From Botryllus schlosseri (taxonomy: Eukaryota): a stretch of 64,000 bases of DNA. The stretch is taken from positions 11,904,001 through 11,968,000 of the forward strand of contig CM119385.1 in assembly GCA_051294905.1 (NCBI GenBank), written 5' to 3'. Positions 12,609-24,660 of this stretch are shown here, in pieces. Each line of letters opens with the position of its first letter. Positions within the stretch are counted from its first letter, which is position 1. Position numbers and translations under genes: made by a program. Below the pieces are notes generated by a model that was given only the letters and a program-made list of their open reading frames with translations, was not told the origin of the DNA and searched no databases.

Positions 12609-14462
12609 TCATATGGTTTCGGCAACAGTGACTTTTTCTGCAGTTTCGACAGATTCCTCTACAGCAGACTTCTCTGGGATAGTTTCAGGAGCGTCTTTAG
12701 AAACTTCGGAACCATTTTCTGGCATTTCCGTACACTTTGTCAGAGAGACCTTGCATTCTTTTGCAGGCTTTTTCGAGGAAGTGTCAGTGGATTCATCCGC
12801 TGCAACTTCGGAATGTTTGTCAGAAGAAATTTGTGCCGTTTTTTCCGGAGACGCTTTCGTAGTTACATCGGGAGCTTCGTCAGCCTGCTTTCGATCGATT
12901 TCAGCTAATTTGACATCCTTGTCCCCGGAATCACCGATACTTTTTGCTGCTCCGTTAGAATCGATTGTTTTTTCAATTTCCGGCAAATCTACGGATTTGG
13001 CAGCTGGCGTTTGCGAGTTTTCAGAGAGTTTACCGTCTTCCGAAGTTTCCATCTTTTCCACGATCTTCTCGGGCACCGGCGTCCCCTTCTTGTCGGCCTT
13101 ATCTTCCGCTGTATCTTCGCTCGAAGATTCCTGCTTCATTTTCTTGACATCGCTGGCTCCCGTGTCATCAGGCGAGCCACGCTTGCGTCGAACCAAATGA
13201 GTTATGTCGCACGTCGACTCTTTGGGGCGTGCGGCTGACTTCTTTTTCACGGTGATAACGGAGGCGGAAGAACTTGAAGAAATGTCATCGTCGCTACCGA
13301 AACCGATTGTGGTGCGACTCGTCGACGCCGTGTGGCGCTGGCCTTGCGACGAATTCTGCCGCATCAAAAGCAAAACATCTTCAATCTTGGAATTGATATC
13401 CGGCATGAGCTCTTTGATTTCGCTGACTTCCTTGCATTCCGACAATTGAGCTGCCTCATGCTCTGGATCAGCATCGCCCGAGGTGATGGAGAACTCAAGA
13501 GAGGATATTCTCTGTTGGAGCACGAACCGTGAGCTCTTGTAGTGGTCCCACGCCTTTTCGTACATTTTCTGAAAAGTGTACGCCAAACCGAGATTGTAAT
13601 GGGTCTCGGCCAGTTTCCTATCGATCGCGGCCAAGTGGTTTTGCTGCAGCATCAGACATTTGTTCAAATCGTCGATCGCCTGCTCGTAGTTCTCCAGCTC
13701 AAGACCCAGCTCGCCCAACTTGAGATGGCATTGAGCGATCATCAGATAATTCTCTTTGCATTTCCGCTTCTTCATAAAGAGTACTTTTGCCAATTCTAAC
13801 ATTTCCCAAGCCAGCTGCATGTTTGAAACGTCGTCAGGGTCTTCTAAGTCTTCTCCCGCACTTTCCTCATCCTGACTGGAGCACGGTTGATCACCTTTGC
13901 TCGCTCCTAGTCCCGGAGACTTTGCGGCTTTACTCGAGCATGGTTGATCGGCGTCAGATTTTTCACTTTTTTCGGTCACTGGTGATTCAACTGATTTTTC
14001 AGCGCTCTTTTCCTCTTTCGCATCAGATTCGACTTCGGAAGCTTCAGAACTTTCCGCTTCCGTTGATTCTTCTTTCGACATTGCCGAAGCGACAGCCACG
14101 CGCAGCTTCAGTCTTTCCGCCCCTTCCAAATTGGGCTTCTCAAACTGTTCTTCGTCCTTATCAGATTCTTCGGATTCCGGGACCCCTTTCAAAGCATTTC
14201 CCAACACTCCATTTTCCATCCTCGCCAGCTCTAACAGCGAGACGCCGTAGTAGTAATACGCTTCGCTGCATTCCTCGGACATCTCTCCGTGCTTTTCGGA
14301 CAACAGCGAGCAAGCGTCTTGAAAGCACACGATTGCGGAAGAGTAATCGCTGCAGAGGTAGTGCTTCTTGCCCAGCCCCATGTTTTCTTTGATCGCGGCG
14401 TCCACATCGGGCACGCTGGCTTCGCTGCTGGAGTCCATGATTTCTGTGGGATTCTGAACCAT
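12609..14462 (-). CDS. NASP: Histone chaperone NASP (SHNi-TPR), ~617 aa, intronless CDS
   Basis: Motifs LLELARMENGVLGNAL, NMQLAWEMLELAKV, AQCHLKLGEL, ETHYNLGLAY and DITHLVRRKR (NLS) are present. The first ATG is at 14462; the ORF track starts at an upstream GTG. Confidence 0.93.
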   Translation of the reverse strand: MVQNPTEIMDSSSEASVPDVDAAIKENMGLGKKHYLCSDYSSAIVCFQDACSLLSEKHGEMSEECSEAYYYYGVSLLELARMENGVLGNALKGVPESEESDKDEEQFEKPNLEGAERLKLRVAVASAMSKEESTEAESSEASEVESDAKEEKSAEKSVESPVTEKSEKSDADQPCSSKAAKSPGLGASKGDQPCSSQDEESAGEDLEDPDDVSNMQLAWEMLELAKVLFMKKRKCKENYLMIAQCHLKLGELGLELENYEQAIDDLNKCLMLQQNHLAAIDRKLAETHYNLGLAYTFQKMYEKAWDHYKSSRFVLQQRISSLEFSITSGDADPEHEAAQLSECKEVSEIKELMPDINSKIEDVLLLMRQNSSQGQRHTASTSRTTIGFGSDDDISSSSSASVITVKKKSAARPKESTCDITHLVRRKRGSPDDTGASDVKKMKQESSSEDTAEDKADKKGTPVPEKIVEKMETSEDGKLSENSQTPAAKSVDLPEIEKTIDSNGAAKSIGDSGDKDVKLAEIDRKQADEAPDVTTKASPEKTAQISSDKHSEVAADESTDTSSKKPAKECKVSLTKCTEMPENGSEVSKDAPETIPEKSAVEESVETAEKVTVAETI

Positions 14463-16473
14463 TTTCACAGTTGAGTTATGCTATCTAACAAGAAACGAAG
14501 ACACTAAAATATTACAAAGGTAACATTAAAATTTGGTCATGTAAATCGTAATAGGACAGCGATACATAGTTTATACGAATAACCAAATGGTTAGGATCGT
14601 CGTTCCAGAGTATTTTGGCTATGTTTATATCAGTTTGACATATACTTATAATGTCTGGGATACCGCATAATTGGATTTTGGCATCAGTTCAGTATCGCTA
14701 GTATCATGTCTCTTGTCTTGCATGTATTCGCAAGTTCGAACAATTCAAACCAACTCCACAACCATAAACAGCAGTGAAATTAATGCTGAGAGGAGATTGC
14801 AGAGAGATTTGCAGAGAGACATGGTAATCGAGTGATAGCAAAGATCAACAAACGTGCTTTAACGCACGTCGGACACAACCAATGTTCCCTCGAACTTTCC
14901 TTCACGAGTTTGCACACACTCGTCAACTCACTGCACGGTCCCTTGGAAAACAGTGCGTAACGACTGAAAAGATATAAGGTCATCACTTCGGCTCTATTGT
15001 GCGCATCTTACATTATTTGTGTGCAGAGACCGTGTCAGCACTGCACAATTGCGCATGCGCGTAGCTTAGAGGGAACATTGGACAAGAGTCACTGATATAT
15101 AATGCTCGGTATACAGCTTTAACGAAAAGATACTAAAACAAGAAGATACAAGTGGGGCTGAAAGCAGAGAGGTGAAGTAACGGGCAATGACAATATTCAT
15201 ATAGAGTCAAGAGCCTATTTTCGAGAAGAAAGATAGACTCCAAATTTCCTCTATATCGCGAAGAATCATACCCTAATTTAAATATGAAGCTGAGACAAGA
15301 CTTATAAATGGTTGTGAGTGGAAGCACCCAATAGCTGTGGAAGCACTCAATAGAAAACAGAAGACTTTAAGGTTCTATTTCCAAGAGCAGCAAAAGCCAC
15401 ACCTTCAAGAGCAATGCACAAAGCAGAAGTTGATAGTTCTAGATAAGATCTTAACAGATCACAGATGTGGCAGTAACATAATGCCATATTATTCCTTTCC
15501 TCTCCTACACAATCAATATACTCAAGGGAATTGATCAGTGTAAAATTTGCAATCAACAAAGTGACAAATCGATACAGTACGCTATATTACAGATGTAGGC
15601 AAATTTACGATTCCCATCACTGCCATCAGTCCATCACAAATCACATCGCACGCAATTAATCACGGAAAGGTACCTTGATTATGACCTGGCAGTTATCGTA
15701 CAGCACTGCACTGCTATAGTCTTCTATTGGTCTATATACTAGTACTACATTAAAATTATATAGAATGCCACCGATAACAAACTAAAGATTAGTAGTTACC
15801 GTGCACTTATTGTACACGCCACCATTGCACGCATAGCACGCTTACACCGCAACCGTAAAGTTCGTTATGTGCCGACCCGTAGCTAGGTAGGTACCTCTGG
15901 TCTCTAGCCACGTTTTGTTCGAGTTCGTTAGCTTACTTGTGCAATGTGCAATCAGCAAAAGAAATCGCGAAGACGCTGGTAATCATCACATGTGATGTTA
16001 ATCAGGTAATTACAAAGGAAAATCGCGAAACGGGGAATCGGCGCTAACGAACGACACAACACAGCGAAATGGCGCGCTGTCGAAGAACTGTATATCAAGA
16101 ATGTGCGAGGAAGCGTGACATTTTGAAGGCGTCATCAGTATCCACATAGCCTTACAAATGTAAAGGCTATGGTATCAACGATTAGACCAGAATCTCACAT
16201 TTCAGAATCAGATCAGTCTCGATAATTATTCACACAAATCGGATTAACAGATGTTTGCCAATGGCAGAATTAATTGCCAGAGGACAAAGGCCACTATTTC
16301 TGCCATCGGAAAACAACTGTTCGATCATCGAATGTGACTAGTCACATTCGATGGTTTGATCATAGCAATTTACAGCGTAGCTACGCTGTAAATTGCTATG
16401 GTTTGATAATCCGATTTGTGCGAATAATTATCGAGACGACAGATTTCGCGTCGTAGGGAGGGCCCGTTCACAC

Positions 16474-16738
16474 TTCCATTTGTGTGCCTTGTAGTCTACT
16501 TTTATCAAAATACACCAACCCAAACTCTGCCAACAAAAAGAGTTCGTGTACCACCTAAAGATAGTACGCTCTCTCCTTCGAAATTTCATGCTGGTGAAGT
16601 CATATTTTGTGAATCTCTGCTAGTTGCTGACGGTTACCCCTGACGAGTGTAGGCCGAATATATTCGGGTTCATTTCAATATGAACTGAACATACTATTCA
16701 ATTGTATATTGAAGTTCTGTACCTCCAAGAAGCTCTTC
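16474..16738. mobile_element. Fold-back element family, partial copy (right arm)
   Basis: Matches the 4373-5060 element: ttccatttgtgtgcc...tattcgggttcatttcaat...gtacctccaagaagctcttc. Confidence 0.8.
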
Positions 16739-17098
16739 AGAATCAGATCCGTGCTGCTGCTGCCATAGCCTTAAAACACGTTGGCTAAAGCATAGGCTAT
16801 ATATGCTGCAGGTATATCTACTAGAAATTAAAAATTTGTAGTCTCTATAATAGGCTAGTACAGGAAATTGCTGGGTCCATCTATAGTCACACATTTCGAA
16901 TGAAAACTCCTGTTTTGACCCGAATTCAGTAGAATTCTGTCGATTCCATAGGATAGAAATAGGACGTTATAGAACGCGAAGGGTTGTAGCCTATCCATCC
17001 TGTATATGCATCCTTATTTTATGCATATGGGGGTACTTCATCATGTGGTTTGCGGACATCAGACATCCGTATCAGCATAGCCTTATAAAGACCGGGGT

Positions 17099-18280
17099 CA
17101 ATTCGGCGGAATCTTTGTGATCATGTGAAACACCAACTTTGCGCTCACGCGAAATAACCCTCGACCCATCGAAGCACCGACTGCTTCAAATAATCGGATC
17201 TATTCTGTGTCGGAATATTTCGCTTTTAGGGCATATACCACGCCAATGTGTCCTGCTTTCCACATGCTATAACGTCGCATGCTCAACTGTCGTTTTTCAT
17301 TGTGTCGCATGCTTATGTCGGGCAACCGCGCCAAACACACATTCCGGTATTTCAAAGCACTGTATTATCAGATCGCATTTAGTCCTGGTTTATTTAAAAT
17401 ACGGGTAGCACCTTTAACGCTATCTTGCGCTCTCAGTATAATTTTGCGTCAATGTCAATGTACGGCAAATGTCAAATTTCAGGCTGGATTCAAAAGAGTA
17501 CCTGACCTGCAATTCCGACGATGATGAACAAATCTAATTCAAATCTATTTTCAGATTTCAGTTCGTCCAGGTTAATTACGAATGCGAGGAGCAAAGTTAC
17601 GTTACATCATAGTGTCCTATAGGACACTATGGTTATATGGCGCTGTCGCGCATTGCTGGCCTCAATTCCATTGTACGGCAAATTGCAGATGTCAGGCCGC
17701 GGATTCAAAAGTGTACCTGACCTACAATTCAGACAATGAACACATCATCGGGATCGGAAAGAGCTCTCAAATTACTATATTTAAAATCTAGTTTTTCAGT
17801 TCGTTCTGGTTAATTACGAATACGAGAATCAAAATTACGTTGTATTGCACTGTCGGGCGCATTGCTATAGAGTTATAGAGTCAATTCCAATGTACGGCAA
17901 ATACCAGATTTAAGGCCGGATCCAAGAGTGTATACCCTACCTACAATTCAGACAATGAACAAATCTTTGGCAAGAACATTCAAATTTACTTTAATTGAAA
18001 TCCATTTTCAGATTTGAGTTCGTCATGGTTAATTACGGTTACGAGTCTCAACAGTTTCGTTACATTGCGCTGTCGGGGGTTGCCGGCCTCAATTCCAATG
18101 TACGTCAATTTCCAGATTCAAGACCGGATTCAAGAGCGTAACTGACTTACAATTCAGACAATGAATACATCATCCAATCCATTTTCAGATTTCATTTCGC
18201 CCAGGTTAATTACCAAAACGAGTAGCCTACCAAAGTTACGTTATTGCGCTGTCGGGCATTCCAATGTACGGCAAATTTGA
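17099..18280 (+). repeat. Left arm of a ~1.2-kb long inverted repeat containing ~5 tandem ~210-bp units
   Basis: The anchor tacggcaaat (tacgtcaatt in the 18101 copy) recurs at 17461, 17674, 17893, 18101 and 18267. The outer part 17099-17410 matches the reverse complement of 28790-28975. Confidence 0.85.
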
Positions 18281-18319
18281 TTAATAAGAGTAGCAACTTT
18301 ACGTGATATTTGCGTGTGT

Positions 18320-18832
18320 TTTATTACGATCAAATTTGATTTCTTTACTGTCCGATGGGAAAGCACATACAGAATGAAACCAGAAATTACAATCCTCGCA
18401 TTGCACCATAAACTCTCCTTTATACGGTCGCTCGCAATAACAATTCTATGACTTCATAGTATGTCGACTCCTTGTCCGTAAATGCTGTCTGTATGGGTGT
18501 CTTTGTATCATACCCGACATCAGTTCTGAATTTGTCTCTGCTCCACGAACTTCATATGACTCAATCGATGAAATAGAGTTGTTGGTATTTACTCCAAGAT
18601 GTTGACGGAAAAACGTAATCACGGTGACCTTGAATTCGGAGCTATTCTGTCACAGACTTCGAACAATCTGTATATCTCTTGCAGACGCAGGTCTCCTACG
18701 CCTTGTCCACGACCTTACTATCTCTGAATGCTTAGGGTTAGGGGTCGAATGGGGTCCAGGAAGAGCATCCAGAGAAATTGCCAAAGAAAATGCGATCGCC
18801 TTCTTGTCTAGTTTCCGTTTAGTCATATTCAA
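18320..18832 (-). pseudogene. Decayed intronless gene remnant ending in a PHD finger
   Basis: Minus strand 18442-18365 reads CYCERPYKGEFMVQCEDCNFWFHSVC (PHD Cys4-His-Cys3 pattern), preceded by an in-frame stop. The upstream ORF 18650-18832 (MNMTKRKLDKK...) is broken. Confidence 0.6.
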
Positions 18833-21637
18833 TATGCATACATAATTAAAGGCACCTGTAATTTGACAACAACAACAAAAACGTACGGTGGAGCTCGCGT
18901 TTTATCACTTTATGGCCATTCCGTGGGTTTGTTGCTATTTTGGGAAGTTCAAATATAGAAATCATAATATTAGTAGGCAAAGTCTGATGGAATATACAGA
19001 TCTGACATACCACGAAAGGTAGATAGAATTATGCAAAATCTTGTTGCGTGAAGTATACGTCTTATACCTATTGTGAAAGTTAAATATTCACATCCAAATC
19101 CCATGTTCTATGTCGAATGTGGATTGGACATATTTTCTTATAGGGCGTAGACCTTTAAAAATGGAAATATATAATAATTCATCGTGTCCCAACCCCAGAC
19201 ACGCCTGTCCTCATTGCACAATGCACAGCGATCACTATCGCTCCGATATACAGTAACGCTATGAAAACACCAAGTATGCTTATCCCTAATTTAAATGCAC
19301 TCATCCAGAAATATAAACATTCATTATCATTAGAGACTATGAAATTTAGATCACTCGCGATACGCGATAAATATCAGTGCACCATAATAATCGTGACGCA
19401 AGCTTCTTTCAAAACAAATTTTCAATTAGTCACACCATGACGCTATACGTCTACTTGAGTAAAAACGATGACTTCTTCGACATCTTCAGCTTGTCATGAA
19501 AAATACCAATAGTTTACCTCCAATCCCTGATACCGCTATTACTTTCACAGTTTCATATCGATTTCATATTATCGGCGAACCGAGAAATAGTAATCGGTCG
19601 GACGTCGGACTCTATAGTAATATGAGTTATAATGCCGCAATAATAGGTATATTCATGAGCATTGAGCAATGAGCATGCATCTATCTGATCACCGGCGGCG
19701 CAGCTATCTGTTTACGATCATGATAAAACGGATTCTTATCGGGTTCTAACTCAGACGTGAGAATTATAATATAATTACGTTAACTTTCGGCAGCAGAATT
19801 CAATGGAAATAAACGTTCTTGTCGTAATTCACATATCCTGGTAGAGGTGGTCAAAGTAGTCAAGAAAGCTACTCTACTAGAAGTAGACGTAGCGACGAAA
19901 AAAATCCACTCAAGTACGAGTATAAGTACTTCTTCCATAAGAAACCTAAAACTACTTGAAGTAGAAGTAGAATTGACTGACTTTAAAAGTTCTCATGTAA
20001 GTAAGTAGCCTAGTTGTGAAACGATCCTAATTCGTTCACATGGATTGTAAAAAGGTGCAAATTGAGCTATATGCGAAAGGTGACGAGCTTGATTCATATT
20101 GATGCATACCAACAGATGTCCAATTTTCGATAGCAAAAGCATTCCTCCACATCATGATAGTATTGATATGGAAATGCGATACTAATCCACTGTTTTCTTG
20201 AATAGCCCGTTTTAGAAAATAGCATGGTACGGCGCCATCCCCCACATTATAAAGCCCGTAGTTTAGTCGAAGAGCAATACGGAGAAGTTGTATACGGGAT
20301 ACGGTAGTAGTATAGTAGATCGCTCGCGATTCGTAATGGGTTCTTATGGGGCCCGCCCGACCGGTGCCTGGGTTAGTATAGGCATCTCTCGCACACGGCA
20401 GACTTGGACAACTAGAACATAGTAGTAGTGATACCGATTCGAACATTCTAAAATAATTGTCACCATCCAACCAAACTAATGAAAGTCGTTGTCAATTTGT
20501 TTGATATTCACTGCTGATTGCATTACTAGAACTATTTGTAGAACGCACACGATCAAAGAAATCGGAAATTTTCCCATTGTCATTCGTCAAAGTAAATGTC
20601 ATCACAATACTCAGGCACTAAAAGACATTTCTTGAATGTGATTGAATCGCCGGCTATTAACTCGCTAAATCAAACCCTAAGAAATTTTACTCACTCATCG
20701 GATATTAAACAGCGTCACTTAATCGGTGTGGATCGTTTTTTCTAAATACAAATCATATCCGTCCAGAAGAAAACAATTTTCACTAACTCGGAATATGAAA
20801 CCAGTGTGTGAGTCTTCATTCAATAAAAGATATTTCCATCACACAAAAATAATCCCCTTCACTCGAAATTCTCGTACCACGAAACTGTACAATGGTTTAA
20901 TGTTTTTGTATGACATGAATCAATTCCGATCGAGGTGACCGCGTTGGAAATAACTTTTATGCAAACACACTCTATGCAGTTAACATTTTCATCGAATTCC
21001 ATTGTGATTAATGCATACTTTATGTGTTCCGGATTCATATCGATATGGTTAAACATTCAACCGCGACAGATACGAATTGTCACCCACTCAACTAATGTCA
21101 TACCAAATAGTTATTTACAACAACCAAGACGCCGAAAATTTGTTTTGTCCCATTCGATTTTATTACTAGAGGTGTTCACCACTTCACTTACTACATTCTG
21201 GATTTAAGCTCCATCGGCTCATCGGCGTCCATCGTTTTACTGGATACAAATTATGTTAGTGTAGCAGAAAATATTTTCGTGTAGCAGAAAACAATTTTCA
21301 CTCTCGTGCTTTATGAAAAATACGCGAGTCTTCATCCAGTATTTTGTTTGTGTCAACTAGTTACTTATATAATACGACTGATAATCCCCGCGACTCATGC
21401 AAAAGTATGAAATATATTTACATCACACAAAGTACTCGACCTTACTCGATATTTTTGGTACTACGAAACTGAAGAATGATTGCCTACGCTTTCAAAATAA
21501 AGAATGATTGGTTAGACTCTACAAACTGTTTTGACGTCGCAAGTGTTTTTTAACATGAATGATCCAACGTAGCTTAATATTCACATAGTTCAACGCAGTT
21601 TACACAAAAGTTTGTATATGTACAATATGTGAATACC

Positions 21638-22233
21638 AAGGGTTCTAATGACTCGAGTCATGACTCGACTCGAGTCCGACTCGAGTCACGCTTTTCAGAT
21701 GACTCGACTTGACTCGAGTCATTTTCTCAAAATATGGAAATGACTCGACTCGACTCGAGTCCATTTGTGTATTGACTCGACTTATACTCGAGTCATTGCG
21801 CATGACTCGAACCAAGTCATATGACTCGAGATTCAGAAGACCAAGACCGACGTTTCATTGTAATTTCGAGGAATAGTCAAGTAATCACACTATTGGGATT
21901 TCATTTATTGGTACTGGCACTTGAAAACGTGTCCAGAATCTGCTAAAAATGACGTAAATTAGAATATTATAAATGCGAACCGTTCGATATCACCAAACAG
22001 AGTTATATAAAGTGGGTGTAGGAAGACTTTAACTGGAAACTGGGCAGTCAACACAATGACTTGGACTCGACTCAAGTCATATTACCATGACTCGGACTCG
22101 CCCCTCTGCTCGGTGACTTGGACTCGGACTTGACTCGGTGGTGAATTGAAAATGACTCGACTTGACTCGAGTCAAAACTATAGAACTGAGGTTGACTTGT
22201 GACTCGGAGCCTGGTGACTTGGTTACAAACCTG
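21638..22233. mobile_element. hAT-type MITE, GACTCGAGTC-rich family (copy 3)
   Basis: TIRs aagggttctaatgac / ggttacaaacctg; perfect 8-bp TSD tgaatacc. Confidence 0.9.
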
Positions 22234-23449
22234 TGAATACCATGCGTAAGTCCTGCACAACCGCGGTATCCATCCGAGTTTAGTTAACACAAATTTATTA
22301 CACCGTGATCGCGTCATCTTTCGTAAGACAAAAACCAACCACGGTTGAAGGATATGACAATGTTATAACAATAAATCATATCCAAATAACCCAACACGGA
22401 CCTAGTACACAGGAATATCGTAGTTCTTGTAGCAAAGTTGTATGTATAATATATGTTTATCATATGCCCACACATTCACGGTATATATCCGAGTTTTACT
22501 TTTAGGAAATATTATATCGACACCGCGACATCTTTCAAAAACAAAAACTATGGATCACTGCTTGAGAGGCCTATCAATGACATCATAGTAATCTAGTTAC
22601 TCCTACAAAAGAGTACGTATGTATTCTCGACACTATCCTTAAATCATACACACGAAACAATCTACTTCGCTAATGAAAAGTGCTGAGTCATCAAATGATT
22701 GCCCTCACGACAAAACAGCTAGAAGATATTATCATACAAAAATGTTCCTAACACTTTGCACAAATCATACAACGAATATGTTTTGTGAGTCGAATTGTTG
22801 TTCAGCGTCAAGTCTCCTGTTGAAACGTACATTAAAACAGCACAGTCACAATCCAATTAAAACCACGAATCTATTTTCATTTCGTCGCAAACTGTCACAT
22901 ACAGAAAAACAAATTTTCTTTACCCGACGTCAAAACATACTTGTAACCAATCGCTTTCATTAAACACACAATTCCATTAAAGTATTTACTTTCTACAACA
23001 TAGACATTCCGATGTAGTCAAGAAATATTTATATATTCAAAATCATCGACTTCTATTTACGGTGTTAGTGTGTGCATGTCATACCTGTGGGTCCGTATTA
23101 AAATGGACACGAAACGACTGGATGCAAGGAGATAGAAGTCTACCGCATCGATTTACATGTGGTCTTCGCTACGGTTTCAAAAAACGAATCACCTCTTTTG
23201 CATTGATCGAGACCGAACAAGTTAGTTGCATGTATTCATGGTAATGATTTTGCTTGTCATATGCGAATGATAGGGTTACTGTCACGACAAATCAAACCTA
23301 CATACAACAACCTTCTGACACTCATAATAGTAATTTCATTCTCTCCCTTCGTAATAGTATACTCACGACAAGAATAGGCTATAATGTGCATCTCGACAAC
23401 TACGTTTACCAAGACCGATGACACTGAACTCACGACGTTTACCTGTGTA

Positions 23450-23735
23450 AAATTACCATTTTTTGTTTGGAGCTCTACCGTTTCCCGAGTAAAATCACCA
23501 TTTTCACTTGGAGGTCTGCCGTTACCTGAGTAAAAATACCATTGTCCTTTGGAGATCTATCGTTTACCCAGAGTAACAATGCATTTTCACTTGGGGGTCT
23601 ATCGTTTCCTAGATCGAGTAACAAAACCCTTTTCCTTTGGAAATATATTTTTTCCTTGAGTAACAAACCATTTTCACTCGGAAATCTATCTTTTCCATGA
23701 GTAACAATACTATTTTCGTTTCGAAAACCGACTAC
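23450..23735. repeat. Degenerate ~42-bp minisatellite, 6-7 units
   Basis: gagtaa anchors occur at ~23487, 23528, 23571, 23616, 23658 and 23699. Confidence 0.75.
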
Positions 23736-24660
23736 CACACCCAACAATTTGATATTTTTGTATATTGTTACAACGGACAGCGACAAAATATACACCAACA
23801 ACGATTTCGATACATTTGTGTAATCACATATTCACTTGTTCTGGTGCATCCCATCAAAATCATCGGTTACCCGCATGCAATAACAATGTGCTGTTGTACA
23901 TCGACATGTATGTTTTCGGAATTGGCGAATAAAGTGGTTTCCGATATGTCCGGGTTCGTGCTTTGGATTTTCCAGAGTAAAAATGTCTGAATAAAACACC
24001 TCCTCGACTTTGTCACCTGGTTGGTACCAGTGATGAGCATCGGAGCGGAGTCGGAGTGTATTCGGAGCGGAGCTTTGCCGATTTTGTGACACTCGGGGCG
24101 GAGTCGGAGTTTACAACAGATATTTTTTAGTAGTGTTGTAACTTTTGCCGCCGATATCTTAGGATGGCTCTGACCATAGAAGAAACTATTAATTACAAAC
24201 CAAAACACAGGCAGTTGCCACATTGTAAAGTTGTAATATGACGGGTAACATGCAAAAATGAATGCCAAGTGCATAAAAATCAGCCATCTGCACAGCAATG
24301 CAATTCAATGCACTCCGGTGGAGAGTAGACAATAATATAGGGCCAACCATATCATCACATCTAACTAGTAAAACACATTACCAAGTGTGCTTTGCTTGCC
24401 ACTCTAATGATATATAACTGGTTAAAATGGTATGATTGGCCACGAGCTATCTTAGCCTAGTGATATGGTAAGGCAGACTGACGAGACTGGACGAGATTCT
24501 TCGGATCGTCTCGGAGTCTGGGATTGAGCTCTTCGGAGTCAGAGGGAGATGCCTCAGAGACTAAAGTTATCGGAAGAATTCGGAGTCTTGAAAAGCACTA
24601 TCCGGTCATCACTGGTTGGTACATGGGTAACGGTGTTCGGAAATCGATGAATATATATTA

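Noticed and set aside
12613-14392. Plus-strand ORFs of 195 and 201 aa (12613-13200, 13787-14392) and others
   Set aside because: They are antisense shadows of the NASP CDS with no recognisable features.
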